DNA of 63,981 nt, the filler included, from Craspedostauros australis (Eukaryota): NCBI GenBank assembly GCA_030167865.1. It is 11 parts of 11 records of this genome, joined end to end, with 100 filler letters (N's around TTAATTAATTAA, not from the genome) between each part and the next. Parts side by side here need not be neighbours in the genome. Positions count along the whole stretch, not along the records: positions 1 to 21,373 come from JALAGF010001582.1; positions 21,474 to 32,020 come from JALAGF010001587.1; 9 more parts are not named here. The stretch is one strand, 5' to 3'. Made by a program: the position numbers and the translations under genes. Positions 12,656 to 23,086 of the stretch are shown here, one piece after another (position 1 is the first letter of the stretch; each line of letters begins with the position of its first letter). The notes under the pieces are model-generated. The model had not been told where the DNA came from. It ran no database searches and saw only the letters and a list, made by a program, of their open reading frames with translations.

Positions 12656-14495
12656 TCAAATGGATTCCTTCATGGCTTGGATGGTCCGCTTGGAGTACTC
12701 ATCCAACAGATCGTACGATGGCTGCAGGAAGGTGGTCGCCGCGATGCGATATTCTTCCGTCGCATGCTGCTCCTTGTTGGCATTGTCGTTGCTGAACTTC
12801 TGCTCCACCCGCCCCGTGCGTCCGCCCTTGCTGTAGAACGACGACACGTGCTCGATGTTGGATCGCTCTTCCTGCGTCAGCGCGCGTTGCAGGGTGAAGG
12901 GTAGGACGGCGTCGGTCAACGTCTCGATCAGACCATCGTAGTTGATCGGCAGACCCACAACCGCATCGTGATTGTCCAATTGACTCTGGATCTGTTCATG
13001 TGCGAATTCGGTCAGCGTCGCGAGATGGGCGGCACAGAATTCCGACAACGTCAGCGATGAAGGACCGTCGTTGTATCCAAACCGCGGCAGCATATCCTTC
13101 ATGTACTCGGACGGATTGCTCAGCGCGCGCAGGCACACGGCACGTCCGCGATACTTGCCGTTGGACTCCAGCGCGCCCTTCTTGGCGTGGCTCATGAGGA
13201 CCTGGACGGGATCGCGGTAGATGAAGAACCACGGCACGCGGGGAAAGGCATCGTGGAAGCTCGCGATGGCAAGCGTGGTCATGGCGGATTGGAACTTGAA
13301 GAAGACGCGCTCTTCGTTGGGATCATTGGAGCGGCTCATGACGTAGACGATGTCACGCCACAGCTGGCGTTTCTGCGCATTCGTGCAACGAAGCCTGTCG
13401 CACAGCTTGACCATCTTGATGGGTGGCGAACTCTCCGAGTAGACGCGGTGCTTTGCTGGTGACATGGCCGCGAGGGAGTTGGCCACCAAGGTGCTGCCGC
13501 AGCGAGATTCGTGGAATGCTACGGCGGAAAGATCGAGAACCTTGATGGAGGCTTCTCCATCTCCATGCGCCGCTTGCTCTTGTTCGCGCGCATCATGCTG
13601 CCGCAGCAATGCCACAAGCTCCCGCAAATCGAATGGATGTGAACTACGTTCATCGGGATCGCAGTGACGAGACTTTTCCAGCAGATCCTTGAACATGGGA
13701 ACTGTTGTTGATTACGCAATTCAACAGAAAGGAATGAAACGCAAGGTGGGCAATAGTTTAGCACAGTGATAGTTGTGATGCAAGTCGTGGGTAAGGCGAG
13801 TCAATACGAGCAGCATTGGTGCATCGAATGAGCTTGTACATTGGTGCCGTAAACGGTCAGATACCATCCCGCGTTCAACACCTTCGCTGTACCCACACTC
13901 TTTCAAGAGAGTCTTGTTAAATGCACTCCACCGTGCACGAGTATGGATGACACTGACCTTGTGACGGATTCTGCTTTTGCAACTTCCAGTCCAACGGGCA
14001 GAAATGCGCGTAGAAACCCGAATAGAAAGATGGATCGCCCGATGTTGCCGAATCATGATGGTGCTGCACATGCTGTTGCGCATCGATATCGACGAGATGC
14101 AACTCGCCGCTGAGAATGCGTTGTAGAACCTTGGCCGAATCTGGACCCTTGCCTTCCAACAACCGTTCGGCGGCCTTGCTTTGCAGGAGGGAACCACTGA
14201 GACTCGCATCAGCGTTCGTGTCGATATCGCCATACCTCGCCTGCTGTTGTTGGCGCAGCGATAAGACGTCCTTCGCCGCGCGTCCGATCTTTCTGGCCAT
14301 GGGCTGCTCCTGGATTTTCTGAACAAGCTTTTGGGCTGCGCTGTAGTCGACCCCATCGTGCGCTGATGATCTGCTGCCAAACAGAACATCCCCGGCGACG
14401 TGCAACATCGTGAGACAGACTGCGACGCCGGCGCTGATGATGCAGAGCTGCTGCAGCTTCCGCTGTCGCGCTGCCTTTCCGTCATTCCCCTTCAT
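12656..14495 (-). CDS. Type II membrane-anchored sulfotransferase-like P-loop protein, paralogue 1 (exons 14495-13958 and 13701-12656)
   Basis: Basic N-terminus followed by a hydrophobic helix. 5'PSB-like FHESRCGSTL, then RVYSES and 3'PB-like FIYRDPVQVLMSH. A GT-AG intron at 13957-13702 gives the in-frame join NPSQ|VPMF. Confidence 0.8.
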
Positions 14496-15424
14496 CGTCG
14501 GCGTTTACGGAGTCTTCTGTCTGCAGCTGCGTCTATCTTGCACCTGCGCTTGTCCTATGGACGGATCTGAACTTCGCGGAGATGTTCGTGCTCTCACACT
14601 TGTATTGTGCTTCTGGGTTGGAATGCAGAATAGAGTGGAGTCGAGTCGAGTGGAGTAGCGCAGAATAGTAGGCGGATTGGCATCAATGAATGAACGCTCT
14701 GCCATGGAAGGGCACAGAGTATTCGAATGTATGGTTGGACAAGGTTGGTAATGATGCTCCCACGAATGACTCTAGCACGCTGCTTCCCCAAAGGCCAACT
14801 TTGTGCCTTCCAACGGACGATGAACTGTGCCGGCCAATGAAGAACAACAGCATGACGACCGACCATGCCATGCCTCATCAAAGATGACCCCATCGGTGAC
14901 GACGTCGTGTTGTTGTTCTCTTGTGGTGCGAGGCGATTTGGCGCCAACGAAATTGTCATTCCACGCACGACTCTTTCGAACAATCGACTCGTGATTCAGA
15001 CGAGACCAACCATCGTTGATTGAATCGTGATGTAGTCCTGTTGCAGAGGCTACGAAAATACATTAGACTTACAACTAGGATAGAGTAAGCACTCGCGCCA
15101 ACTCGACAAGGGCTCTACTCGTTTCACCTTCGAGTGCGACCTGGAGAGCAAGAGAAGGGAATCGTGGAGATACCTGTTGCGGATGCAACGATGGCACACA
15201 GCAGCGTGGATGAGCCAGTTGGTTTTGATTGAAGCCCATTCAACCACATGAACACGTATGTGCGGCACTCCGCACGCGTGCTGCCGACCCCAGCCATGAT
15301 ACTCGTATGTATTTCTGTCATACTCCCCGGAGAGAGCACCATATTCACGCTTCGCCTTAGTTGTTGAAGTGCGACGAATCTCATCCGGCTTCTTCCATCT
15401 CTCGTTGGGAGCTTGGCATATTTC

Positions 15425-17659
15425 TCATGGGGAGCATTCCGCGTCCCCAATTCGCCTCTTCCTGCTCAACACCTTCACCTCTGCAGTCCCAGCCTTGTCG
15501 TCTTTGCCATCATCATCATCGTTGGGCGCGTTGGCAGAATCATCCGTCATCTGCTCAAACAATGCCAACATCCTCCCATCGCGACCTTCCTCTTGTGCAC
15601 ATTGCAACGGCGTATCGCCACTCTTGTTCTGAACGTGCGGATCGAGCATCTCCAATGTCATCAAATACTCAACCACTTCCAAATACTCGCCTTTCACAGC
15701 ACAGTGCAGCACTGTATCTCCCTCATCGTTCGCCATGTTCACATCCACATCCACGTTGTTCGATTCGACCAACAGTTTCATCTTCTCAGCTCGAATCTTG
15801 TGATCATCACTCTTGCTCTCACTTTCACACCCATCCTCAGATACATTTCTATCTGCTCCTTTGCAAATACAGTGCAATACTGTATCGCCGCTGCTGTTTC
15901 GCAACGTGGCATCCACTGAGTCACATCCGATCAGATTCCGAAGGACGGAAACATCACCCTTCTCGCATGCGAGATGGAGGAGAGTGGTGCCATCATGATT
16001 CTGAATGTTCGCGATTGCTGTGACATTCTCCATCAGCCGTTGCATGGTGTCCACATCACCAACGGTATCACCAACATCAACATCATCCTGGTTGTGATTG
16101 TTGAAGAGATCGGTGAGGTTGGTTGTGGGAATGATTTGTTGTTGAATGAAATCGAAGACGTGATGAAGCCTGGCGGCATGATCGAAGGTGAAGAACATGC
16201 CCCTGTTGAACGCAATGTGAAGGGGTGTGTCACCATCTTCGTTTTGGATGTTGAGGCTTGCATCGGTCTTGCGTGACTGTAGCAACTCCTTGATGAAGCG
16301 TCGCTCCCCTTTCAAGCAAGCGATGTGGAGAGGCGTATTCCCATGGTTGTTTTGGAAGTTGAAGATGTCGTCGATATCTGTGTGTATGCCATTGTCGTCG
16401 TCGTTGATGTTGAGGATTGCATCGCTCTTGCGTGAGTGCAGCAATTCCATGATGAAGCTTTGCTCCCCTCTCAAGCAAGCGATGTGGAGAGGCGTATTTC
16501 CATCGTTGTTCTGGGTGCGAAGCATGATGCCAGTGAGGATGCGATCCTGGTTCATCAGATACTCAACCGTGTCAAAGGCCACCCAATCCCTGAGAATGAC
16601 ATGGAGCGGTGTATTCCCTTTGTTGTTTTGCATGCTCCCATTGGCGTTGGCATTGATACCAAGCATGCTGTTGATATCGATACGATCCGTTTCCATCAGA
16701 CACGAAATCGCATCTCTGGTCCCATATAGGCAGGCAAGATGTAGCAGCGAATTGCCATCGCAGTTTGGTCCAATCACCTCAGGACGAACATCGAGTTCAT
16801 CTAAACCCAACAAGTATGTGATGATTTCCTTGTTGCGGCACCCACAGTGGAGGGGAGTGTCCCCACTGTTGTTTCGGACGTTGACATCGATATCGACACC
16901 AATCCCATCCGACTCCATCATGTGCCTGACTACATCGATTTGACCCAACATACATGCGAGATGCAAAAGCGTGGAACCTTTCTTGTCCTGTTTGTTGATG
17001 TAAGCGTCAACGTTGACATGACTCGATTGCACCAAGTATTCCAGTACATCGGGTCGTTTGCTCCAGCATGCGCGATGAATCAATGTGGAACCGCCATCGT
17101 CTTCCATGACGATGGACACTTGGCCGGATTCCAACAAATACTTCGCAGTCTCAGCATTGTCGTTTCCGCAGGCACCATGAAGCACAGTCCGGCCTTTGTT
17201 GTCTTTGATATTGACATCCACGTCGATTCGATCGGATTCCATCAGATACTCAACAATGGCTTTGTGTCCATTCCAGCAGGCAAGGCCGAGTGGTGTTCGA
17301 CCAATGTTGGATTTGATGTTGGCATTCACATCGATTTCCTTCGATTCCACCAAGTACTCAACGATGCTGTTGCGTCCCTTGAAGCAAGCATAATGAAATG
17401 GCGTGTGCCCCTGCTTGTTTTGGAGATTGACATCCACATCGATTCGATCAGACTCCACCAGATACTTCACCATCTCCCTGGTTCCATGAGAACATGCATG
17501 ATGAAACGCAGTTTCGCCGCGCTTGTCTGCCGTATTGGAAGGGATGACCGCTCCGTCCGCATACGATTCAACCAGATCTTGAATCATTATCAAGCTATCG
17601 TAGTGGCATGCACAGCCCATCTCTATGATCCACTCATAGACGGCCTCGTTACTGCGCAT
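15425..17659 (-). CDS. Multi-ankyrin-repeat protein
   Basis: More than ten G(N/D/H)TPLH.AC..G repeats. The likely start is MRSNEAVY at 17659, although the ORF is open to 17800. Confidence 0.9.
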   Translation of the reverse strand: MRSNEAVYEWIIEMGCACHYDSLIMIQDLVESYADGAVIPSNTADKRGETAFHHACSHGTREMVKYLVESDRIDVDVNLQNKQGHTPFHYACFKGRNSIVEYLVESKEIDVNANIKSNIGRTPLGLACWNGHKAIVEYLMESDRIDVDVNIKDNKGRTVLHGACGNDNAETAKYLLESGQVSIVMEDDGGSTLIHRACWSKRPDVLEYLVQSSHVNVDAYINKQDKKGSTLLHLACMLGQIDVVRHMMESDGIGVDIDVNVRNNSGDTPLHCGCRNKEIITYLLGLDELDVRPEVIGPNCDGNSLLHLACLYGTRDAISCLMETDRIDINSMLGINANANGSMQNNKGNTPLHVILRDWVAFDTVEYLMNQDRILTGIMLRTQNNDGNTPLHIACLRGEQSFIMELLHSRKSDAILNINDDDNGIHTDIDDIFNFQNNHGNTPLHIACLKGERRFIKELLQSRKTDASLNIQNEDGDTPLHIAFNRGMFFTFDHAARLHHVFDFIQQQIIPTTNLTDLFNNHNQDDVDVGDTVGDVDTMQRLMENVTAIANIQNHDGTTLLHLACEKGDVSVLRNLIGCDSVDATLRNSSGDTVLHCICKGADRNVSEDGCESESKSDDHKIRAEKMKLLVESNNVDVDVNMANDEGDTVLHCAVKGEYLEVVEYLMTLEMLDPHVQNKSGDTPLQCAQEEGRDGRMLALFEQMTDDSANAPNDDDDGKDDKAGTAEVKVLSRKRRIGDAECSP

Positions 17660-18897
17660 GGTACATTGATTCCATTGTGATGAAAGAGGCGTATGGTTGG
17701 GAAGTCGAGGTTGAATTGGACCAGAGAAGCAAAGCACCGATGTAAGTGAGAAATACGAGTAGGTGACATAGTCGCAGCCGCACACACTCAGATGTGGCAA
17801 ATCTATTTAATCCAATCCAATCCAACCACGGATAACCACGAAACGCAAACAGAAATATTGCAACTCACTCTTCTGCTTGATTGTTGGGCATGCTCGGTAT
17901 TCTTAATGATGATGGTCTATGATGTGCTGCGCCTCGTTTTTCGTGAGGGAAGGGCGCTGGAAGTTGGTGTAGCGCGGCTGCGGATGGAGAGGATGTGGCA
18001 GCGATCTCTTGATGTGATTGAGAGAAGCCCCTTTGATGAGAATGGACTGTCGGAGTACCAGCACGATCGCGAAGATTGTTGTGCCTCTCTTGATGCGTTG
18101 TAACGTGTTCAATGCGTGTGATGGGTGTGCCTTTCGCTGGTCACCCTGATGCCTTACTCTGCTCTGTCTTGCGCTTGAAAGTGTTGAGATACGGCTGGAT
18201 GTAACTTCGTTGGTATTATATCACCTTTGAGTTCGTCTTGAGAGTGATGTGTGCTGCAGATCTCGGTTTTATGGCACGGGGAGACAGGCATTGTGAGCCA
18301 GGCATCGTAATCGCAGGCGCCCATCGCCTCCACAGGCGAGCAGGGTGGAAAATCTCATTTTGTGCTTCTCGTCGCGATGTTCAGCAGCGTTGGAGTTTTT
18401 TGTTGTTGGTTTCGGAGTTGCCATTGTTGTCATTGCTGTTGATGTTGCGGTCGGTGTTGTTACCTCAACGCGCAACGGCTCACTCTCCGTGTTGATGTAT
18501 CGGAGACGTCCATGCGGAGTCATCGCGGATGCTTCCAGTCTTTCACTTTGTGCGTTGTCTCTGTGTTTGTGTCCCCTCTCTTGGAGTCGCGGAGCATGTT
18601 CTCCAGCGTGGACGCTTCCCAACTCCGAAACACGCAAAGCCCGCTGAAACGAAGAGCGGAACAAAACACGCAATGAGTCCTCGCTGATGCATTTGAGTCC
18701 GGACTAATCTTCGTGGACATGCTCTTCTCCGTCGATCTTTCCACCACAGTGTCCAAAGTAAATTCTCGGAGAGCAGAGCCGGCTGCATGGTATTTTATAC
18801 GTGTTGCGAACTATTAGAGTCTGCATATGTAGTAATGGACAACTCTAAGTCCTCGACTTGTGAGAAGTTCCCGCCCCTTCTTCCGCAAGATGACTCT

Positions 18898-20581
18898 TCA
18901 CAGCCCATCGTTTGCTTGTCTATCTCGGCTTGCGTCTCTCGCATTCAGCTCCGCTTTCTGCTCTCGTTCATATCGTTTCAGGAAGTCGTAGGAATCTTGC
19001 AGGAAGGTCGCGGCTGCTTTCTGGATCTTGGGCGTCGCCGCATCCTCCTTGGCTTCGTTGTCGCTGTGGAAGATGCCTGCGCGGTTGTCGCGTCCCTTCG
19101 CGTAGAATGAGGTCACGTGCCGGATGCGTTTCACCATCGTCTCCGTCACCGTAATTCCCATGTGCTGTGGGAGAATCTCCTCGTACAGCCTCTGCGGTAG
19201 ATCGGCGTAGTTGATTGGAATTCCCATCGAGGCCGGTTTGTCCAGCTCTTCCGTCGCGGCTTCGACGATGCCAGCCAAATGTGCCGCGCAGTACTCCTCC
19301 AGCGTCGCCTTCCTCTTCGATTCGATGCCATGCCGATTCAGGATCTCCAGCAAGCTGTTGGGCGGTTGCTTGCGCGATCGCGTGCACACGGCCTGCTTCA
19401 ATCCGTCCTTGGTGTGACTCATCATCACCTGCACTGGATCACGGTACACGAACATCCATGGCGTTTGTGGAAAGGCATGCACGAAGTCGGCGATGTGATA
19501 CGTCGTCGCCGATTGGAATTTGAAGAATACACGCTCTTCGTCCTCATCGTTGGTGCGGCTCATGAGATAGATCACGTCGCGGAACAATCGATCGAACTGC
19601 TTGCGCGTGCCGCTGTGTTTCCATTGGCCATGAACGTAGTTGAAGACCCGTATGGGTGGCGAGCTCTCCGAGTACACGCGATGGTGCTGGGGATCCATTC
19701 CGATCAGCGTGTTGGCGACGAGCGTGCTGCCGCATCGCGATTCGTGAAATGCGACGCCGGTCAGATCGAGGACCTTCGGAGTCGCTTTCTTTGCTGCATC
19801 GTCGTTGGTGCTTGCGTCTTGCAATCGTTGCTGGACTTTCGCATCCCGTTCCTTTGCAAGCTTGGCTATGTGCGCGAGGTCGAAGGTGAAGCGATGATTT
19901 GTGCACTCTGGCGAATGCATAACGATGTCGCGGAACATTGGGTCTGCGCGGTGCCGGAATGAGGTTGCGTCATTTGTTGGCGAAAGCACGGGTATATTGG
20001 TTGATGTGGAATCGTTTCGCGTGTGTGCGCATGTTGACAGGATGATACCACCAAAGGTCAACAAGCAGAGGGAGACATGAAAGGTGGTGAGCCAGACCAT
20101 CTGGTGATTGCAAAAACGGCCATTGCAGCCATTACCGAAAGAGAGATGCGCACGTGCCATGATCGCAATGCAGAAGGGACTTACACTTGGACGGATTGGT
20201 CTTGTGCAAGGACCAGTCCAGTTCACAAAAGTCGCCGGAGACTCCAGCGTAGCCATCCTCCGGAGCGTCTCGGATCTTTTGCATATCGAAGGAGAGATCG
20301 ACTAGATGGAGTTCCGCATTCAGGATCTTTCGCAGCGCGGCGTCCCTGTCCATCTTCCTGAATCGCCCACCATGATTTGGATCCTTCGTATGGTGCTGCG
20401 CATGTGGGGATCCACCGTTGTGATGAGCAGGGCGTGGCTTGCGCAGATTCCGACCAGACGAAGATCGCCGCCCGATCCCCAGCGCCTTCAACAGCACTAT
20501 CAGGATTGCGAAGAATGCAACGATGACCACCAGCCGACGCACGAGCTTGCGCCGCGCTGCCTTTCCATTGTTGCCCTTCAT
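18898..20581 (-). CDS. Type II membrane-anchored sulfotransferase-like P-loop protein, paralogue 2 (exons 20581-20185 and 19943-18898)
   Basis: MKGNNGKAARRKL plus a TM helix, then FHESRCGSTL, RVYSES and FVYRDPVQVMMSH. A GTAAGT...CAG intron at 20184-19944 gives NPSK|YPMF, in the same position and phase as paralogue 1. Confidence 0.82.
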
Positions 20582-20807
20582 GATTGGCCCAGCGCGATTG
20601 GATGCACTGCTCACTGCGGTGATGTGTTCGTTGCTGCGAATTGCAATCAGCCGTCGATCGTCTCTCGTCACGAAACTCCTTGATCCAGTTTTGCGATGAC
20701 ACGGAGATCCTCATTTCAGCAATGTCCTCTCTGAGCTGCGTCGTGGCACCGATGTCGTTGCCTGTGTGCAAACAACGGACGATGCATCCAAATGGCGACC
20801 AGCTCTA

Positions 20808-20830
20808 TCTCTCTCTCTCTCTCTCTCTCT
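20808..20830. repeat. (CT)n microsatellite
   Basis: Directly visible CT dinucleotide run upstream of sulfotransferase-like paralogue 2. Confidence 0.9.
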
Positions 20831-21290
20831 GGAGTGTTCGACATTGAGCTTCGTGACTGGCATCGCGGAGATCGCCATCGTCGCCGCTCTGTTGGCAACG
20901 GATCTCCAGAACCGTGGTGTTGTATTTGCCTTTTTGGTTCATGTTCGCGAAGATTTTGGACCGTTTGTGACATCTGAGTATCTTGACGACGTCACAACAT
21001 GTGATGAATAATGATTTGTCTGACGCTCGATAGACAGTTTGGAAGTGCGGACAGACGCAAAAGTGCGTGATGCAGACATGCGCTGTGTCATGTTGTATTG
21101 GAATTGTTTCGCTCGCCTGGGACACCCAACATTTTGTCCAGAAGATCCATCTTGAACGTGATTGAAAGTTGTCGACATGACATTTTCTCTCTTTTGACAG
21201 AACTGATCGAGAAAACGATAGTGTTGCTCATTTTTACTAGTTTCCAAAATTTGTGAAATAGCGGTTTCCTTGGTTGTCATCAGTTGACGG

Positions 21291-21370
21291 AGTGAGACAA
21301 AGTTGGACAAAGTCAGACAAAGTTGGACAGAGTGAGACAAAGTTGGACAGAACTCGGCAAAAATGGACAA
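21291..21370. repeat. 20-bp tandem repeat (AGTGAGACAAAGTTGGACA[A/G]) x3 plus one degenerate unit, possibly transposon subterminal repeats
   Basis: Units start at 21291, 21311, 21331 and 21351, at a contig end next to a transposase fragment. Confidence 0.85.
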
Positions 21371-21417
21371 TAGNNNNNNNNNNNNNNNNNNNNNNNNNNN
21401 NNNNNNNNNNNNNNNNN

Positions 21418-21429
21418 TTAATTAATTAA
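21418..21429. other. Artificial contig spacer TTAATTAATTAA flanked by 44 N on each side. Also at 32065, 45929, 48535, 50022, 51642, 54144, 55452, 57740 and 61754
   Basis: An identical 12-mer with stops in all six frames, centred in 100-nt gaps. It produces the spurious 'LIN' ORF ends. Confidence 0.97.
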
Positions 21430-21473
21430 NNNNNNNNNNNNNNNNNNNNNNNNNNNNNNNNNNNNNNNNNNNN

Positions 21474-22002
21474 GATTAAATGGAGGAATCGCTTGAAGAA
21501 TGACAAACAGCGAACGTGCAAAGTCACGGTGGATGGGACTGACTTTCGCATCCTCGAGCCTCAGCCCTTTTCGAAGAAGTGGTACAGTCACAAATACAAG
21601 GGCGCTGGTCTGCGGTACGAGGTGGCGATTTGCATTCAAATTGGTGACATCGTTTGGTGCCATGGTCCATTCCCTTGTGGTGAATGGCCTGACCAAAAGA
21701 TCTTCAACCGTTCGCTCGCGGGGAAACTTGCTCCTGGNNNNNNNNNNNNNNNNNNNNNNNNNNNNNNNNNNNNNNNNNNNNNNNNNNNNNNNNNNNNNNN
21801 NNNNNNNNNNNNNNNNNNNNNNNNNNNNNNNNNNNNNNNNNNNNNNNAAACCATCAATCGTCTCTTCAAGAAATGGAAGATCTTGTATGAACCATTTCGC
21901 CACAACATGAAGCTTCACAAGACAGTGTTCAAGGTGGTTGCCATGATCACACAGCTGTCCATTGATGAGGGCTTCTTCCAGCCTTTCCAAGTCAGTTACT
22001 AG
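21474..22002 (+). mobile_element. PIF/Harbinger/ISL2EU-type DDE (DDE_Tnp_4-like) transposase, 3' fragment
   Basis: VTVDGTDFRILEP..FSKKWYSHKYKGAGLRYEVAICIQ.GDIVW.HGPFPCG..PD..IF, then TINRLFKKWKIL...FRH. Truncated by a gap on the 5' side. Confidence 0.85.
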
Positions 22003-23086
22003 AGAGACAGCGACTAAACAAGTAGAGCAGAGCAGAGTAATTGGTTGTACACACAGTAACAATGCATCGCACAGGAGACCCATTTTGCCTGTCGTTGTCG
22101 TCATTTTTTGTTTGTGTGGTTGCCAATTCGAATGAATCCCGTTGGGTCTTTGTTTTTAGACCTGAGGGAAATCATCTATATTACCATGGCTCCCAGAGGA
22201 TCCACGCGGATGAGAAACGCTTCCGTGTGCTATATTTCCGTTGGTTGACACCCCCATGCAATAAATCTGAGGTGATCGTTGTTGATGCTATCTGTTGTGT
22301 GGTTTCGCACCGTAACTCCCTCCGTGGAACATGCGGACACGTGCCTCGAAACGATCTCTCTCCACCTATCTTTGGGGTGAGGTGAGATCAGGTGAGGAAG
22401 GATGATGGCGCAGTTTCATTCATCACCCCTGTCAGCCACCAAGCAGCGCGGAACGCAATAAATCCTTGTTGGAGCGGTGGTCGGATCCAACTGAAGATCC
22501 TGTTTGGTGGGCAGAAGCAAGCAAACGCTTCGGATCTCTGCCTCCCCAGCGGTATGTCGCATTCGTCCCTCCACTATTGTTCGTGCTGGTGCTCCGCAGA
22601 ATCTACCGATCCCGAATGCTTCCGCATTCCAACAAGGAATCCGCTGATGTGTCAGCCCAACCACTTCTGAGAACGACGGACAGACGTCTTCCTATGTAGG
22701 CCAGTACTGATTTCTACGTCCTGGTTCGTCACATGAGAGGGTATCCAAAATCAAACGAGAAACAACGCACACTCGCACACACAAACATACGGAAAGATCT
22801 CCCCAACGACAAACGACAAACGACAAACGACAAGAACGAAAATAACAAGAACAACATGAGAATTATCGCGCCAAAGAGAGCCGATCTTCGCGTCCGCACC
22901 ACGACAAGCAACGAACATGACACAAGCAACGAACATGACACAATGCCGAGTTCTCACAAATCCACCTTCTGGTTCCATCCTCCTTGTGGACCATCCCCCT
23001 GATCGACCAAGGATCTCCAGCAACTGCAATAACAGCAGCAGCAGCAACAACAACAGGAAGCAGAACAAGAGGCGACGAGGCACACC

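Noticed and set aside
6179..17659. Mx-like dynamin plus ankyrin genes as a single antiviral defence island
   Set aside because: Only proximity supports this. The intervening genes are metabolic, and ankyrin genes are common in diatoms.
21291..21370. CRISPR-like array
   Set aside because: The repeats are directly tandem with no unique spacers, there are no cas genes, and the context is eukaryotic.
21374..21473. Regularly recurring TTAATTAATTAA palindrome as a biological repeat or recombination site
   Set aside because: It is always centred in exactly 100-nt N-padded gaps, so it is an artificial six-frame-stop spacer.
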